Positions 1 through 12,364 of a stretch of DNA of 64,000 bases are shown here, piece by piece. This DNA is from Cladosporium halotolerans (taxonomy: Eukaryota), in assembly GCF_011745625.1 (NCBI RefSeq), contig NW_027191455.1, positions 62,001-126,000 of the forward strand, written 5' to 3'. Position 1 is the stretch's first letter. Every line of letters starts with the position of its first letter. The position numbers and the translations under genes were made by a program. The notes below the pieces were generated by a model. The model saw nothing but the letters and a program-made list of their open reading frames with translations, did no database searches and was not told where the DNA came from.

Positions 1-552
1 ACCCATCTTTACTTCTCCGTTGTGAAATGGACAAAGACTTTTTCCGATGCCAGTGATCAGCCGCGGTAGCTCCAGCATTCATGGCTGGGGCCGGCGCGGC
101 GTCATCGTCCAAGGTGGATTCAGACCTGACTAGCACACAAGTGCACAGAGTAACGGAGGCGGAACCGGCTCCAGAATCACGCCAAAGTCGATGCTGTCAC
201 GCCATCGATGGGAAGCGGGTTTAATACGTCGATCCGTCGTAACTCCATCATCCACCCAATGGTGGCCTCCGAACAAGCCCTGCCACAAGACTTGTCGCCG
301 GCTATGACAAACAGCGACAAGCACTATGGAGCCAAACCTAGCTAACTCTTGCACGGCTTGTCTGCTTGCTGCAAGTACCGTTCGTGTCTGGCCTACTGCG
401 GTCCCTTTCCTGAATAATGAACCGCAGAATATGCGGCCTTTCGCACGTGGCTGAAATACTTTCTGTTCTCCCTTCGCGCCGATCTCTCTCGTTTCACTAA
501 GTGTCCCTTCTTCAATCTTCTCCTGTCCTTTCAGTTTCCATTTTGCCAAAAG

Positions 553-2620
553 ATGGCATCTATACAGGATCCCCATCAAATACATGGCGGAAGCGACTCC
601 GCTCCCACCCAAGCCTCGCCGCCACCTGGATTCTCGGATCTCGACAAGGACGATATCATTTACGATCAGCACAAGGGCGATGATCTAGCCGACCAGGCAG
701 AGTCCCAGGGTTCGAATCTCGACGACAATTACATCGTCTACAAGCAGCATGAAGGGGATGCTCCCGCAGACACGGCAGAGTCAAAACGTGTTCTGCGGAA
801 AATCGATTGGCGCGTTCTCCCTGTTCTCTGGACTCTTTATCTGATCCAGTATCTGGACAAGAATGGGTTGAACTATGTAAGTTCTTTCAAACTACAGGAC
901 TATTGCTTGTCCGGACGCTTGTAGCGTCCTTCAACGGATAGCTGCATGCCAAAGATCCGAAGGAGACGGTGGAAGGCTGCATTTCTGTCGTCGTTCCTAC
1001 TAAAAATCAGTAGCTCTTCTGACCATGAAAGACTCATTCGAGCATTTTAGTCTTGACCAGAGTTGGGCTCGCTATACGAATCTAAACAAGCGACGGAAGC
1101 CCTCTGCTAGGCCACAAGCTCATCAGAGAGAATTATTGACTGACCACCTCATGCCATCTAGGCAAGCGCATATAATTTACAGGACGACCTCAATATGAAG
1201 GGACAAGAGTATTCATGGCTCGCAACGATCTTCTACTTTGGCTACTTGATCGCGCAATTTCCAGCTGGACTGGCGATGCAGAGACTCCCCGTCGGAAAGT
1301 TCCTCGGTGCTACGGCTGTCAGTTGGGGCATTATCTTGATGACGACTCCGGCCTGCACGAACTTTGCCGGCATTGCCGCAAACCGCTTCATGCTTGGTCT
1401 TGTGGAAGCTGCGGTGAACCCAGGTTTCGTGCTGGTGATGTCTATGTGGTACACTGCGAAAGAACAGCCCTTGCGCCTCGAGATCTACTACTGCACCAAT
1501 GGCATTGCAACTATGTTCGGCGGCCTCATCGGATACGCCATTGGACACATTACGACCGGACTGGCTCGATGGATGTACGTTTTCATCATTTTCGGCTCTC
1601 TTTCGCTCTCCGCAGGACTGGCGACTTTGGTGCTGCTACCAGACCTTCCCTCTACGGCCAAATTCTTGACGGAGCGCGAGCGCGCAGTGGCCGTCGAAAG
1701 AGTCGCATCCAACCGACAGGGAGTCAAAAATCACAACTTTAAGGTTGATCAAGTCTGGCAAACCCTAGCCGACCCAAAGACCTGGATCCTTTTCATTCTG
1801 GCCGTTTCGGCTCAAGTGCCAAATGCTGCCATTACTAGTGTAAGTATCACCAGTGCCTCTAGCATAAGGAAGTGGAACACCACTTCTCAGATGCTTCGAA
1901 GTATATCCATAAGACTCATGTGGCAACCATTCTGACTCGATGTTCTAGTTCACATCTTTGATCATCAAGGGATTCGGCTTTGGCACATTGGGCACGCAAT
2001 ACTTGCAGATTCCTGGTGGCTTCGTTCAATTCGCGGCTCTGCTCGGAGGTGGCTTCATTTGCAGCAAGTGGCCAAATTCTCGCTGCCCGACAATGATTGT
2101 CGCCAACCTCATTTGCATTACCGGTGCGGCTATGCTCGTCGGTCTGCCGGACAGCAACCAATGGGCCCGCTTGGTCGGCCTTTGGCTGTGCTTTTTCCAG
2201 GGACTGGGTTTCAGCATGAGCTTGACCATGATTAGCAGCAACATCGCCGGATACACCAAGAAGCAGCTGACAGCTGCTATCCTATTCACGGGATACTGCG
2301 TGGGCAACATCATCGGGCCGCAGACTTTTAGAGACAGTGAGGCTCCTGGTTATCACTCAGCCTATATTGCGTAAGTCAATTATCGCCTCGATATGATGGA
2401 CTTTAAATGCTAACAATTCTGTAGGATGCTGGTAGGATACACTGTCAAGCTCCTGTCTGTCGTTGTTCTCTACATCTACATGTGGGGAGTAAACAAGAGA
2501 CGCGACCGCGAGGCAGCACAATCTGGCGAATCCCGTGAAGACATCGAGAGAGCCGGTATCGAGTGTGGCATGCAGGATATGACTGAGCTGGAAAACAAGG
2601 CTTTCAGATACGTGCTATGA
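553..2620 (+). CDS. MFS transporter, allantoate permease (Dal5/anion:cation symporter) family; 4 exons
   Basis: Motifs RKIDWRVLP, QYLDK, WYTAKEQPLR, NIAGYTKK, GNIIGPQTF and C-terminal DMTELENKAFRY. GT-AG introns at 877-1161, 1840-1948 and 2371-2424 join the ORF pieces in frame. Confidence 0.9.
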
Positions 2621-2877
2621 TTCGGCGGACATGTCGTAGAGCTTTACCAGCTGAATTGAATGTGAATATTTGCCAGGGTATGGGCGAGTTGCTAATCCAA
2701 CATCGTCAGTACGCATTGTATGCGATCAATGCCAAATGTCATATGCTGCAATTGTCCCGGGCTCGAACCTATCTCACGCTCACAATGATTCACACTTTCT
2801 ACCTTCTCGTCGACACCGAGTCTTAAGACTTAACAAGATACTAACACTACGGCGGAACAAGAAATCATTGAAGGACG

Positions 2878-5160
2878 ATGTCCTTCAACCCAGATCAATT
2901 ACGGCAGCAACAAGGCCAAATTTTTCAGCAGCAACCGCAACTCAGCTCTCCCGGTCAGAACACGTCGCAGAGCCATGGAGCGAATCATCAGCAAACCCAG
3001 CAGAATCACAGTTGGTCTGACGGCAGCTCACAATATCAATCGCAGCAGACCTGGTCACACCAAACACAGATTACAACACCCGTTCTCCAATCACCACTGC
3101 CCGTGCAGACTCCCAAATCGCCAGCGCTCGCCTTGTTTGCCGGGCAGACAACGTTGCAGAATCACAGCCATCAGCAATTGCACTCACAACTGCACCAGAG
3201 CGCACTAGACATTCATACCCAAGCACTGGCTCATCACCAACAAGTGCAGCAGAGTATCGCCGCGAGTATGAACAGCATGAACTCTGTTCTACATCAAACA
3301 CAGCAGCAATCCTATCCAATGATGAGTCCACCAGTCCCCCAGATTCAGATCCAGTATCAGAATATCCAGCTGCAGCGACCTCTTCAACAGGCTAAGATAA
3401 CCTACCAGACAGTGGCTCCAGTGGCTCCAGTGCCTCCAACAGCACCATTGGCGATCGAAGAGAGTATATATCAGCAATATCAGCAGCCGGGGCAGATTGC
3501 ACAAGTGACAACGCAGCCCGCCCCTGAAGGCTGTCCTAGAATCGAGTATATGAGCTCTCACACCGTCAAGGACGCCACGCAGCAGGTACCACATGTACTG
3601 AGGCACCCCGAGTCGCAACAAGCCCAGCCTGCCCCCAGACTTCAGATTGCACCCTCACCAGCCATCGGGCAGCAATTGCCTTCAGATCAGCTTGCCCAGA
3701 AACCCTCTCATAATCAGAGCCATGATAGCCGCTTCGAAGCGCTTGAGCGCCAAAGGGAAAGAGACCTGCAAGCCATGAATAGGGAAGGCGCGGCAATTCA
3801 GAAGCGCCTCCAGGACCTGGAGGATATACAAGCCAGGGACGTTCATGAGCGTGAAGCAAAGGACGTAGAGATTCACCGCTTACAGCAGGAGATGGCGTCC
3901 AGAGACCGCCAGCATCGCAAAGAAAAGGAAGACGACGCACGCTTGGGCGATCTTGAACGGTCGAGGGTATCTGCCAAGAAAGAGTCTGAGGCCAAAGATC
4001 GTGAGATCCGCGTTCTCACTAAGCAGGTGGCCGATATTAAGAGGCTACGGCAGCAGGACGCAGCGCGCAACAGCCAGCAGATGGCGGAGATCGTGCGTTC
4101 GCAAGCAACGACTCCCGCAGAAGCCTTCGACATGAGTGCTCTACGAAAGGTCATCGAGGAGACAAAGGCGCAACAACTGTCTAGCCGAGACATTGAACGG
4201 GTGATTGAGGACCAGGTGACTAAGCGACTTGCCGGCATGGCGACGAAGGCGGACATCCAGGACGCTGGATTGAAAATGCAGACTGCGCTGAGCGCTGTAC
4301 CCCAGGGACTGTCAGAATCACAGGTGCAAAATGCCGTCAAAAGAGAGCTCAATAATGTCATGGAGGATGTTGCAAGGCGTGTGAGACACCAGAGAGGCGT
4401 AGAGAACCAACGACAGCGTCAGCAAGTCTCGCAGGGCAGGGTGCAGACCGAGTTCGTGGTTGAGGAGCTGCGAGAAAATCCTATGGGGCCATCGACAAGC
4501 GGTAATGGCTGCAGGGGGAGTGAGCAGCGTAAGAATGTCGCTGGAGCTGCGAGCAGAGGTACAAGTGATGTCGCATCCAGGAGAGCAATGTCAGCCCTGC
4601 CTGCCATACCAACAAACCCTGGAGTCTCGTCCGCCCGGCCAAAGCAACCCATTATGACTGGCACACATAAATCTTCACCAGACGCGTACCAACTTGTGGC
4701 ACTCGAAGGACTGCCGAGGCGCTTGAACGAACCCGCCGGACAGATATCGAGACTGGAGACGATGCAACCCGTGATAGATCCTCCAAGCAACGCATTGGTC
4801 CGGCAGCTCAGCCAGGGCAACGTGCAGCCGCACGTCATTCCGCGTGACCAAGACCAGCATATTCGATTGCAGTCTGCTCAGACTCAACATCTTTCGAACA
4901 TGCAGGCGGGGTTACAGTCCCTGCGCATAGGGCCGCCTGGGGCTCAAAGGCAATTGGAAGCCCCACCACTACCTTCACATGACCAAAGATCGATCGCGCA
5001 GCAGGTTTCCTTGCCTGTTCAGCCAGCACTAAGGCAGATCCAGACGGCTGTACCGCAAGGACAAATAGAAGCTTCTAGGAGTGCCGCGCAGGACCATGTC
5101 GGAATCGGTCTGGAGCTCGTGCGTCAAGGATTCGAGGTGGCCAGGAAGACACCAAAGTAA
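2878..5160 (+). CDS. Hypothetical protein, Q/H/S-rich N-terminus plus central coiled coil (760 aa)
   Basis: Single 760-codon ORF with a glutamine-rich low-complexity N-terminus and an E/R/K-rich heptad region; no family recognised. Confidence 0.7.
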   Translation: MSFNPDQLRQQQGQIFQQQPQLSSPGQNTSQSHGANHQQTQQNHSWSDGSSQYQSQQTWSHQTQITTPVLQSPLPVQTPKSPALALFAGQTTLQNHSHQQLHSQLHQSALDIHTQALAHHQQVQQSIAASMNSMNSVLHQTQQQSYPMMSPPVPQIQIQYQNIQLQRPLQQAKITYQTVAPVAPVPPTAPLAIEESIYQQYQQPGQIAQVTTQPAPEGCPRIEYMSSHTVKDATQQVPHVLRHPESQQAQPAPRLQIAPSPAIGQQLPSDQLAQKPSHNQSHDSRFEALERQRERDLQAMNREGAAIQKRLQDLEDIQARDVHEREAKDVEIHRLQQEMASRDRQHRKEKEDDARLGDLERSRVSAKKESEAKDREIRVLTKQVADIKRLRQQDAARNSQQMAEIVRSQATTPAEAFDMSALRKVIEETKAQQLSSRDIERVIEDQVTKRLAGMATKADIQDAGLKMQTALSAVPQGLSESQVQNAVKRELNNVMEDVARRVRHQRGVENQRQRQQVSQGRVQTEFVVEELRENPMGPSTSGNGCRGSEQRKNVAGAASRGTSDVASRRAMSALPAIPTNPGVSSARPKQPIMTGTHKSSPDAYQLVALEGLPRRLNEPAGQISRLETMQPVIDPPSNALVRQLSQGNVQPHVIPRDQDQHIRLQSAQTQHLSNMQAGLQSLRIGPPGAQRQLEAPPLPSHDQRSIAQQVSLPVQPALRQIQTAVPQGQIEASRSAAQDHVGIGLELVRQGFEVARKTPK

Positions 5161-5563
5161 AGCAGGATAGCGCTTGTCCCAGAGCTTGAGGCGTGCCAGA
5201 TTGTATACGTGTGAACAGTTCCCAGTGTATGGTAGCACATCATTTTAATTAGCTGTATTCGCGACGCGAATTGAAGCGTGAAAACGACCTCTCTATGCTC
5301 CACGCAAAATTCAGCGTACGGTCGTCGCCCATTGAGTTTTCAAACCTGGTCTTGCTTGGCGTAGTCGCAATACGACATATGTACGCAACGGCGAATGGTA
5401 GCAGAAGTCGTAATTACATGCGGGTAACGCATGCATATCATCTTTCATTCGTAACCGTAGCTGCCCTTGAAGTCATAGCCAGCCGTGATTTTCATAGTCG
5501 TAGGATCCAAAAACACCATCGCTAATCCTGAACGCGCCACCCTTATGCATTGCAAGTTTCCAA

Positions 5564-6114
5564 TCAAAGCCCGAGGCTCTTCCTGACATCCGCCTTCACC
5601 CTGCTGTCAAACTCAGACCTTCTCTCTCTCCACATTCTTGCAGCATCTACATTCGCGGGACTCTCGTCGTTCGGCTCCGCGATCATGCTCATGACACTGA
5701 TCAAGATCTTTTCCACGCTCTGAATCGGACTCCATCGCTCGGATGCCTGCTCGTAATGGTTGGGGTCGTCGCCTGGAGGATGGAGGATGGATATGCAGAC
5801 AACGCCATTAGCGTAGACTAGTCATCATTAGCGGTTATCTCGTGCTCTGTCATCGACATACGCGACGTACCGTTCGGGTGCCAGATGTCGCATTGAAACT
5901 TCATGGTAGGCGGCATGAGCGGGTAGTCTTTGGGAAATTTGAGCTCGGCGGGGAAGACACCGCCTTCGTATGGAGTTCCCTCAGGCCCTTGGATCATGGC
6001 TTCCCAGAGAAAGAGATCATCTTCGTTGACGGGGCCGGCAGTGATGCCCTCGGGAGGGTCGGTGGTGAGGTGCTTGTACTCTTGGAAGAGTCGCTTCGAT
6101 GCGACGGAGTTCAT
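5564..6114 (-). CDS. UBC7: Ubiquitin-conjugating enzyme E2 (Ubc7/UBE2G type)
   Basis: After removing intron 5818-5870 it reads [26 protein letters not shown] (catalytic Cys plus the Ubc7-type acidic loop) and ends KSLGL-stop. Confidence 0.93.
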
Positions 6115-6705
6115 GGTCTTGAAACAGATGCAGTCGGGCAGTCGGAGTGAACAGAGGTAATCTGTGATGTGCTAGTCCCTTGGTATGGTTCAGTTTTGCT
6201 AGAGATCACACAAGGTAGCGTGGGTAGGTAGGTTCTCAAGGTGGTGGCTTTGTCATGTGACGCTGCCTCGGACTTTCTCGGCGATTGCCAGAATCGGGAG
6301 GCACAACGGCGTCTGATGGCGGTGACCACCAACGTGGACTTCATCGCATGAAACAAGGTAAGGTGTCAACGGTATCAGCATTTACAGCTGTGCGCCCTGA
6401 TTTACCCATGATTCTGTCGTGCACCACTCAACCCTTTTCTTGGAGTGACTAAAGGGACGACTCCATAACTGATACTGCAATGTCGGATCTCGGAGTTCCA
6501 CAACGATTGTTACAGCATTCTCACCACACATAACACGAATTCGTGAGAAGACGGTGAAAATCCGTGAACATAGACTGATTTCGATTCAGCGGAACATCTC
6601 CCATTTGACGCATTGTGCTCAATTTCAAGAGGATCAAGCTTCCCTGAACGCATGCCCAGCAACCGTACCTAAACCCATTCCTTTCGCCGTCCTCTCAACA
6701 CAGCC

Positions 6706-8493
6706 TCAGCAGTAGTCCTCATCCGACTCAGTATTACCGTCCTCAAGAAGCTCCACCTTCGCTCCGATCCGCTTTTGTATCGGGCCCCTGAGTAGCTGCA
6801 CAACAGCCCCCAGCGCCCCAGCTCCTGCGACACAGTCGCCATCCTCGATGTGCTGAACCAGGCCGCTCAAAGTCCTGAAGTTACGATCCGGCCCCGGGGC
6901 CGAGGTGGTAGTCAGGTCCCTTGGGCAGTGGAAAAGCTTCTCAGAGTGCGCGGGCGAGGTCATGTGCTGCTGCAGATGGATCTTCTTCGAGAAGTTGGTG
7001 TGGCAGATTGGGCACGGCCAGGTCTTTGACAAGCTGTCAAACCGGAGAGTCGAAACAGAAGACCCATCGATCGATGTCGGACTGGGGACGAGTACATGAG
7101 AAGTATCCAAAAAAGACCACTCGCCTGATCCTCCAAAGAGGGAGGGGACCGACGCGGTAAGCATAATTCCGCCTGGACTCAGCGAGCTTGTGGTGGGACT
7201 GAGGGCACCACTGTTCGAAGTGCTAGCCGACGGAGTAAGTATGACTCCCTCATCGCCAAAGGAGCTTGCACCAGGTGTATAGATTCCGCCTTCAGAAGAG
7301 CTGGCTGAAGGGGTGAGCATGCCTCCGACGCTGGATTTGCTTGATGTGATGCTAGAATGCGGCGTGGGTATGGCGGCACCAATCGACTCTGAGATACTTG
7401 CTTGACAGAGTTCGCTGACTCCGTAATTAATTACACCTTCCATTTCCGTAACCGTCTTTCCATCGCTGTCGTCAAGATCCAGAATCCGACCGTGAGCCTG
7501 GCCGCTACCGTCACTGCCAAGAGACAAGCGCCTCAATGAAGCTGCAAGGTTGGACACGGACTCGCGTGGAGCGATAGAAGTATGGGACGTGGCTGTAACC
7601 GCGGAGAAGTCGCCATGGCCATCGTGTTCGGCGAAGGTAATATGACGATCCAAGTCATAACGGCAGACGAGGGCGTTAAGTTTGTTGCGGGTTATGCCAC
7701 CACGGCACGTGTTGCTCTCCAAATGGCAGAGCATCGCGGAAACGAGACTGAATCCCTTGCCGCAGGCACATTTGATTCCGAAAAGAGGAGCCTTGTGCTT
7801 GCTGGACGCTTTATGCTGCTTCAGGCCAGCAAGTGTTAAGAAAGTATGATTGCAGTCTTCGCACCAAAGATTTAACTCCTCAGCGTGGGCGAGCCGGACA
7901 GCGACAGAAGCGGAGAGCTGTTCTATCTGCCTTGATTCAGTGCCTTCACGGTCATGAGCCTCGGTGATCAAATGGGTGTCGAGATCGTTTTGGCTGTTGA
8001 AGCCATCTTTGCGATTCATGCAGTCGAAGCTTTTGTTGGAGTCGGAATCACGAATGTGGTTGGCAAGATCCTTTAGATGCCCGAAGACATGATATTCGTT
8101 GCACTGATCCACACAGCAACAGTGACTCTCGACCTTCTGGTGCTCATCACGCTCGGCTGTGGTGTTGAAAATTTGAAAGCAGGTCGGGCAAGCTTTGTGC
8201 TCGATCTTCATATGCTGGTCGCGTTGCGCCCTACTGGGAATCGTCACGAACTTGTCTACGCATACGCCGCAAAAGGAACGTTTGTTTGCATGTGGGTGGT
8301 GATAAGTGACGATGAGCTGCTTGGCCGTTTCGGTCTGGCATCCTTCCAGTGCTTGATGGGCCGTGAGCGTGCTCTTGTCGACAAAGAAGGCGTCGCATTC
8401 ACACTGGTAGAAATGTCCAGACGTACGAATGTGTTTGATGAGCATCTTCGGAGTGCCAAAGACGGCGCCGCAGAGGCATGTTGGCGTTGCCAT
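6706..8493 (-). CDS. C2H2 zinc-finger protein with Ser/Thr-rich middle
   Basis: Several C-x2-C...H-x3-5-H motifs (CEDCNHTFLTLAGLKQHKASSKH, CPICHTNFSKKIHLQQHMTSPAH) and the C-terminal motif F.TLSGLVQHIE.G.C. Confidence 0.8.
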   Translation of the reverse strand: MATPTCLCGAVFGTPKMLIKHIRTSGHFYQCECDAFFVDKSTLTAHQALEGCQTETAKQLIVTYHHPHANKRSFCGVCVDKFVTIPSRAQRDQHMKIEHKACPTCFQIFNTTAERDEHQKVESHCCCVDQCNEYHVFGHLKDLANHIRDSDSNKSFDCMNRKDGFNSQNDLDTHLITEAHDREGTESRQIEQLSASVAVRLAHAEELNLWCEDCNHTFLTLAGLKQHKASSKHKAPLFGIKCACGKGFSLVSAMLCHLESNTCRGGITRNKLNALVCRYDLDRHITFAEHDGHGDFSAVTATSHTSIAPRESVSNLAASLRRLSLGSDGSGQAHGRILDLDDSDGKTVTEMEGVINYGVSELCQASISESIGAAIPTPHSSITSSKSSVGGMLTPSASSSEGGIYTPGASSFGDEGVILTPSASTSNSGALSPTTSSLSPGGIMLTASVPSLFGGSGEWSFLDTSHVLVPSPTSIDGSSVSTLRFDSLSKTWPCPICHTNFSKKIHLQQHMTSPAHSEKLFHCPRDLTTTSAPGPDRNFRTLSGLVQHIEDGDCVAGAGALGAVVQLLRGPIQKRIGAKVELLEDGNTESDEDYC

Positions 8494-9073
8494 ACCGTGA
8501 AAGTGTTCGCTAGGAGTGTAGTTGTTGAGTCAAACCAAGGAGCCGATCTTTGGAGACAGCGATGTGTTAGGTTGCAGGTCTGGTCACAACAAGCCAACAC
8601 ACTCGGTCGCCGCGGAAGAGGTGCGTCATGTCATGCGCACAAACGCCAGTTGCGAGGAAGGCGCGGTCCCTTACGTCCGTGCTTCAGATTTGAAGTGAAT
8701 GCAAGTTCACACTTCTCTGCCACTTCACTAAATACGCCAGCCTCCCTTGAGTAGCCACGGTATCGATCCAGGTTGTGAGTTGGGCGAGGGTCAGAATTGC
8801 AGTTATAAATGGCATACAATACAAGATTTCCAGACTAACAATCCATCAATTGACCCATTCGGCATCTTCCGCAGTGCTAACTTGCCAGTTTCCACCAATG
8901 TCCAAGCACGCCTTGCCGGTCGTGAGATCCTCGGTGGGAGGTGCATCAAATATCTCAACCAATTTGCCGCTTTGCAGCCATCGATGTTGATCGATTCAGG
9001 CCTGCCAGATGCAGTGGCTTGCCAAAAGCGCTATTAAGAATCTGGGCCGGGCTTGCAAGCCAATTGCACCCCC

Positions 9074-12000
9074 TCAAGTTAGGTCAACCGCATTTTCTTT
9101 TGCTTTCCTTTTAGCAGGTACAAGTGACGGCGCCTCCCCAGGGTATGCTAGTGAGCCAAGTCCTTGATGTATTGACGGCATGATACTTGTGCCGGTGGGG
9201 GAGTCTTCCGAAGGTCTTAATCGCCAGATTGCATCAAAGCTGGCACCCAGCATTGTTCTCATTGACTGCTCTGGCAATGCGGTGAAGAACTTTTGCCCCA
9301 GGACCTCATTACCAAGCTCTCTAGCGAATTCGAGGAGGTGCCCTTTCGCCTCTTGAGCTTTTGCGTTCCATTTACTGAATTCCTCGTTGTAGATGTTTTC
9401 CGGACACTTGACGATGATCAATTTATGAGGCCTTCCGCTTGTGTCTGTTGTAGTGATAATGTCTCTCCTGAACATATCGAAGAAGCCGCGCTCAGCGTGA
9501 TTGCGCTTGCCCGCTGGTGCTCTTAACTCGTATCGTTTTCGCGTTCCATCAGCGAGGAAGCTGTTTATGGGCGAACAGATGTCGCAAGTACACCGGTTCT
9601 TTGATAGCGCAAGCTGAGGAGGTGGAGGCTGTGAGCCTACCACGTTCTGCAGGTAAAAGCTCCATATTTCTGTGATAGCCTCGCTTACGGATGGCGAGCA
9701 GTATTCAGGCGAAGGTAGATTATGGGCCAGTCCAAGAGCAAGTGGCAAGACTAGCCTTTGAAACAGAGATGGTTCTCTCTGCGTCAGCTTCAACGCTTCG
9801 GCAACAAAAGTGTGAAGGTATTTGTCGCCTAGTTCCTGCTTTTCGTCGTCAAAAGCTTCCATAAAGCTGTAAACCTCCACAACAGCGTTAGGATCTGTGA
9901 CATGCGTAACGTGCCGCGTAAAAGGTGATTGTCCCGGCATGGGAGACAACCACGACGCAGAGTAAGGCAAATGTGCGTCAAAGTTCAGAAGTCGTGAAGG
10001 CTCGACAAGCATGGCAGGCTGCAATACGGTATTGTCGCCGCAACAAGAAGCTCGTACAATTTCAACAGCAGCTTCATGTAATCGTGATGTCTCCAAACCG
10101 GCGCCGACATTGGCGGGCGCAATTTGCGTCAGTTCCAGGACAAACCTCACTGAGAGCCATGCTTGCGACGCATGCGTCAGCACGCAGGATAGAACACTGA
10201 AAAAGAATTGGTTAGCAATGCCTGCGTCCACCGCTTATTAAAAAGTTCGTGACATGCTTGGCTTCCGCATTCTAATGAGAATGACAAGCCGTTACTCTCT
10301 GATTTGGATATAAGAGGGCAGATCCTTGCGCGGAGAGCTTGTGTATGGCGACCTGTCGGATGAACGGCTGGTACTTTGTAAGAAACGGAACGTACTGTTG
10401 TTCAAAGAAGTCTAAGCCGTGGCGACGACTCAACTCCACTAACGTTTTCACATCTTCTTCCTTCATTTCTAGATGGTGCGACTTGAGAAGTGTTCCCATT
10501 GTCGACTGGCACCACGATGCAACTTCTGGTTGCACGTTAGCCCCTTTGGATGCGCCCGTGAATACATCCATGGCATGTGCGGCATCTGAGATATTTTGCG
10601 TGCGCAGCACTGCGTCGGTCAGAAAGCCTTGGAACTGGGGAAATCTGCCTGAATCCAGAATGGGCTCTCGCAGTTCTTCGAATACCTCCAGAGGTATGTT
10701 GCTTCGCATTGCTGCAAGCACTCGCCTGCAACTTGACTCGTCGCCCAACCTCGACAGACACACCAAAAGAGTACCCCTGTCGCCGTCACTCAATTTGCGC
10801 TTGTCTTCAGCGGCAGTGCAGTAGCTTGTCTTGATGTCCTCCGGTGGATGATTCATTGTGAAGGCAAGACCTCTACAAAACTTTGAGAGATCTGTTGATA
10901 CTCGAGAGAGGTGACCGGGGTCTACTCGGTTCTCCAGATACTCCTTGAGCAACTTCCTCATGATGGGCTCGGCTGCGATCTTCCCAGAGTATACTTGCCG
11001 TTGCTTGAAGTGTATCTCATTCTCCTTTGGCACTAATAGCATCATCTTTATCCTAAGTTAGAGACACGGACGGAATCGAGAGTTGGTAAAGGCTTACCGT
11101 TCTTCTGTACCACAAAGTCATCATTGAACCTTCGTTCCCGGTGTATCCTTCATCGTCTTCCTCGTCAGGGCCGCGGTCTACAAGTCCCTTGGGATCAACC
11201 AGAAAGCTTGCGTCGACGTCGACATCCTCTGCTATCTACTCGCCGCACAGATCAACTATGGTTTGAAGCCTCCAATACTCGTCGGTCTCGTCGATGATCT
11301 CGCGGTCAAAGTCTTCCTCGTCATATCCACCAGAGATCATCCTCTCGAAGGTTGCCAAGTACAACATGCAATTGACGCTCTCTGCTGCACTGAAAGCCCT
11401 GCAGACGATTTTGTAGTCGTCGCCTACCAGCCTAGAGAGTTTGAGGCTCGCCTCGGTGTATTGATGGGATAGCTGATGACAGAAGAAAGCAGGCTGCCCT
11501 CCACCGTCGTCAAGTACACCTCTGTTGATCCGCTGCCGCAAAGCTTCTCTGATTTGATTTTCAGAGTCATTCAAATTCGATGCCGTCGGCAAATGCACAG
11601 ATTGCGCGTCGTTGATGACATTGTACGTGAGCACTAGTCTGTGCCCACTGGCAATTGGTTTGACCTTGTGCGTGACATCGGCATACCTGGATTGTGTAAG
11701 CTTTTGATAGAAACACTGAAACTCTCAACGGTATTACCATGCGGCAAAGGATAGGTCAACGGCGGAGGTATTTGCACTGTTCCAGACCTGACGTTTCCCA
11801 GCATGTTCCAGTATCAGTTCTCCTCCTTCATGCTCTGTAGGCAAGCATATTGCGAGAGTCGCAAACATATTGGGCACTTTTTCAGAATCTTGATGCGGCT
11901 TGAAATGTGCATCTTGTTCGTATAGGAGCAATTTATACAGCTCTGCGCGTAAATGTTCACGCGAAGTAGGAAGGATGGCTAGTGTCTCGAAGGCCATGGG

Positions 12001-12364
12001 CATAACCCTCTTTTGAACCCACTCGTCCCATCGCGTGTTCGCAAATGAAATGTCGGCCGCGTTGATCTGCCAGGTCTTTCGAACATTTTCATCAACGACG
12101 GTCTCAGTGCCTTTCCCTGTGGCTGGCTCGTTTGAGCGTGTCCGCTCCATCGGACGACAGAGGTAATTCGACGATACCAACGTCCTTGATCTTGAGGCCT
12201 GGATTGGGATACTCTTGACGACTGTTCTGATACATGAAAGATGCTTTTAAAAAAGTCGGAGACAGACTTGACTTGAGCTGGTCGCGGATCATGTTGGGTG
12301 CGACACATGGGTGTTCACGTACACCGCTGGGCCTATGAAGCGGCGCCGTAACCCAGGTGGCCAT
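9074..12364 (-). pseudogene. Disrupted 2OG-Fe(II) oxygenase-domain gene
   Basis: Motifs PNPGL, GKGTETVVD.NVRKTW, LYKLLLYE..AHFKPHQDSEK (HxD), YADVTHKVKPIASGHRLVLTYN and EGYTGNEG. There is a frameshift near 12118 and an in-frame TAG at 11236-11238. Plausible introns near 11687-11737, 11046-11097 and 10197-10395. Confidence 0.75.
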
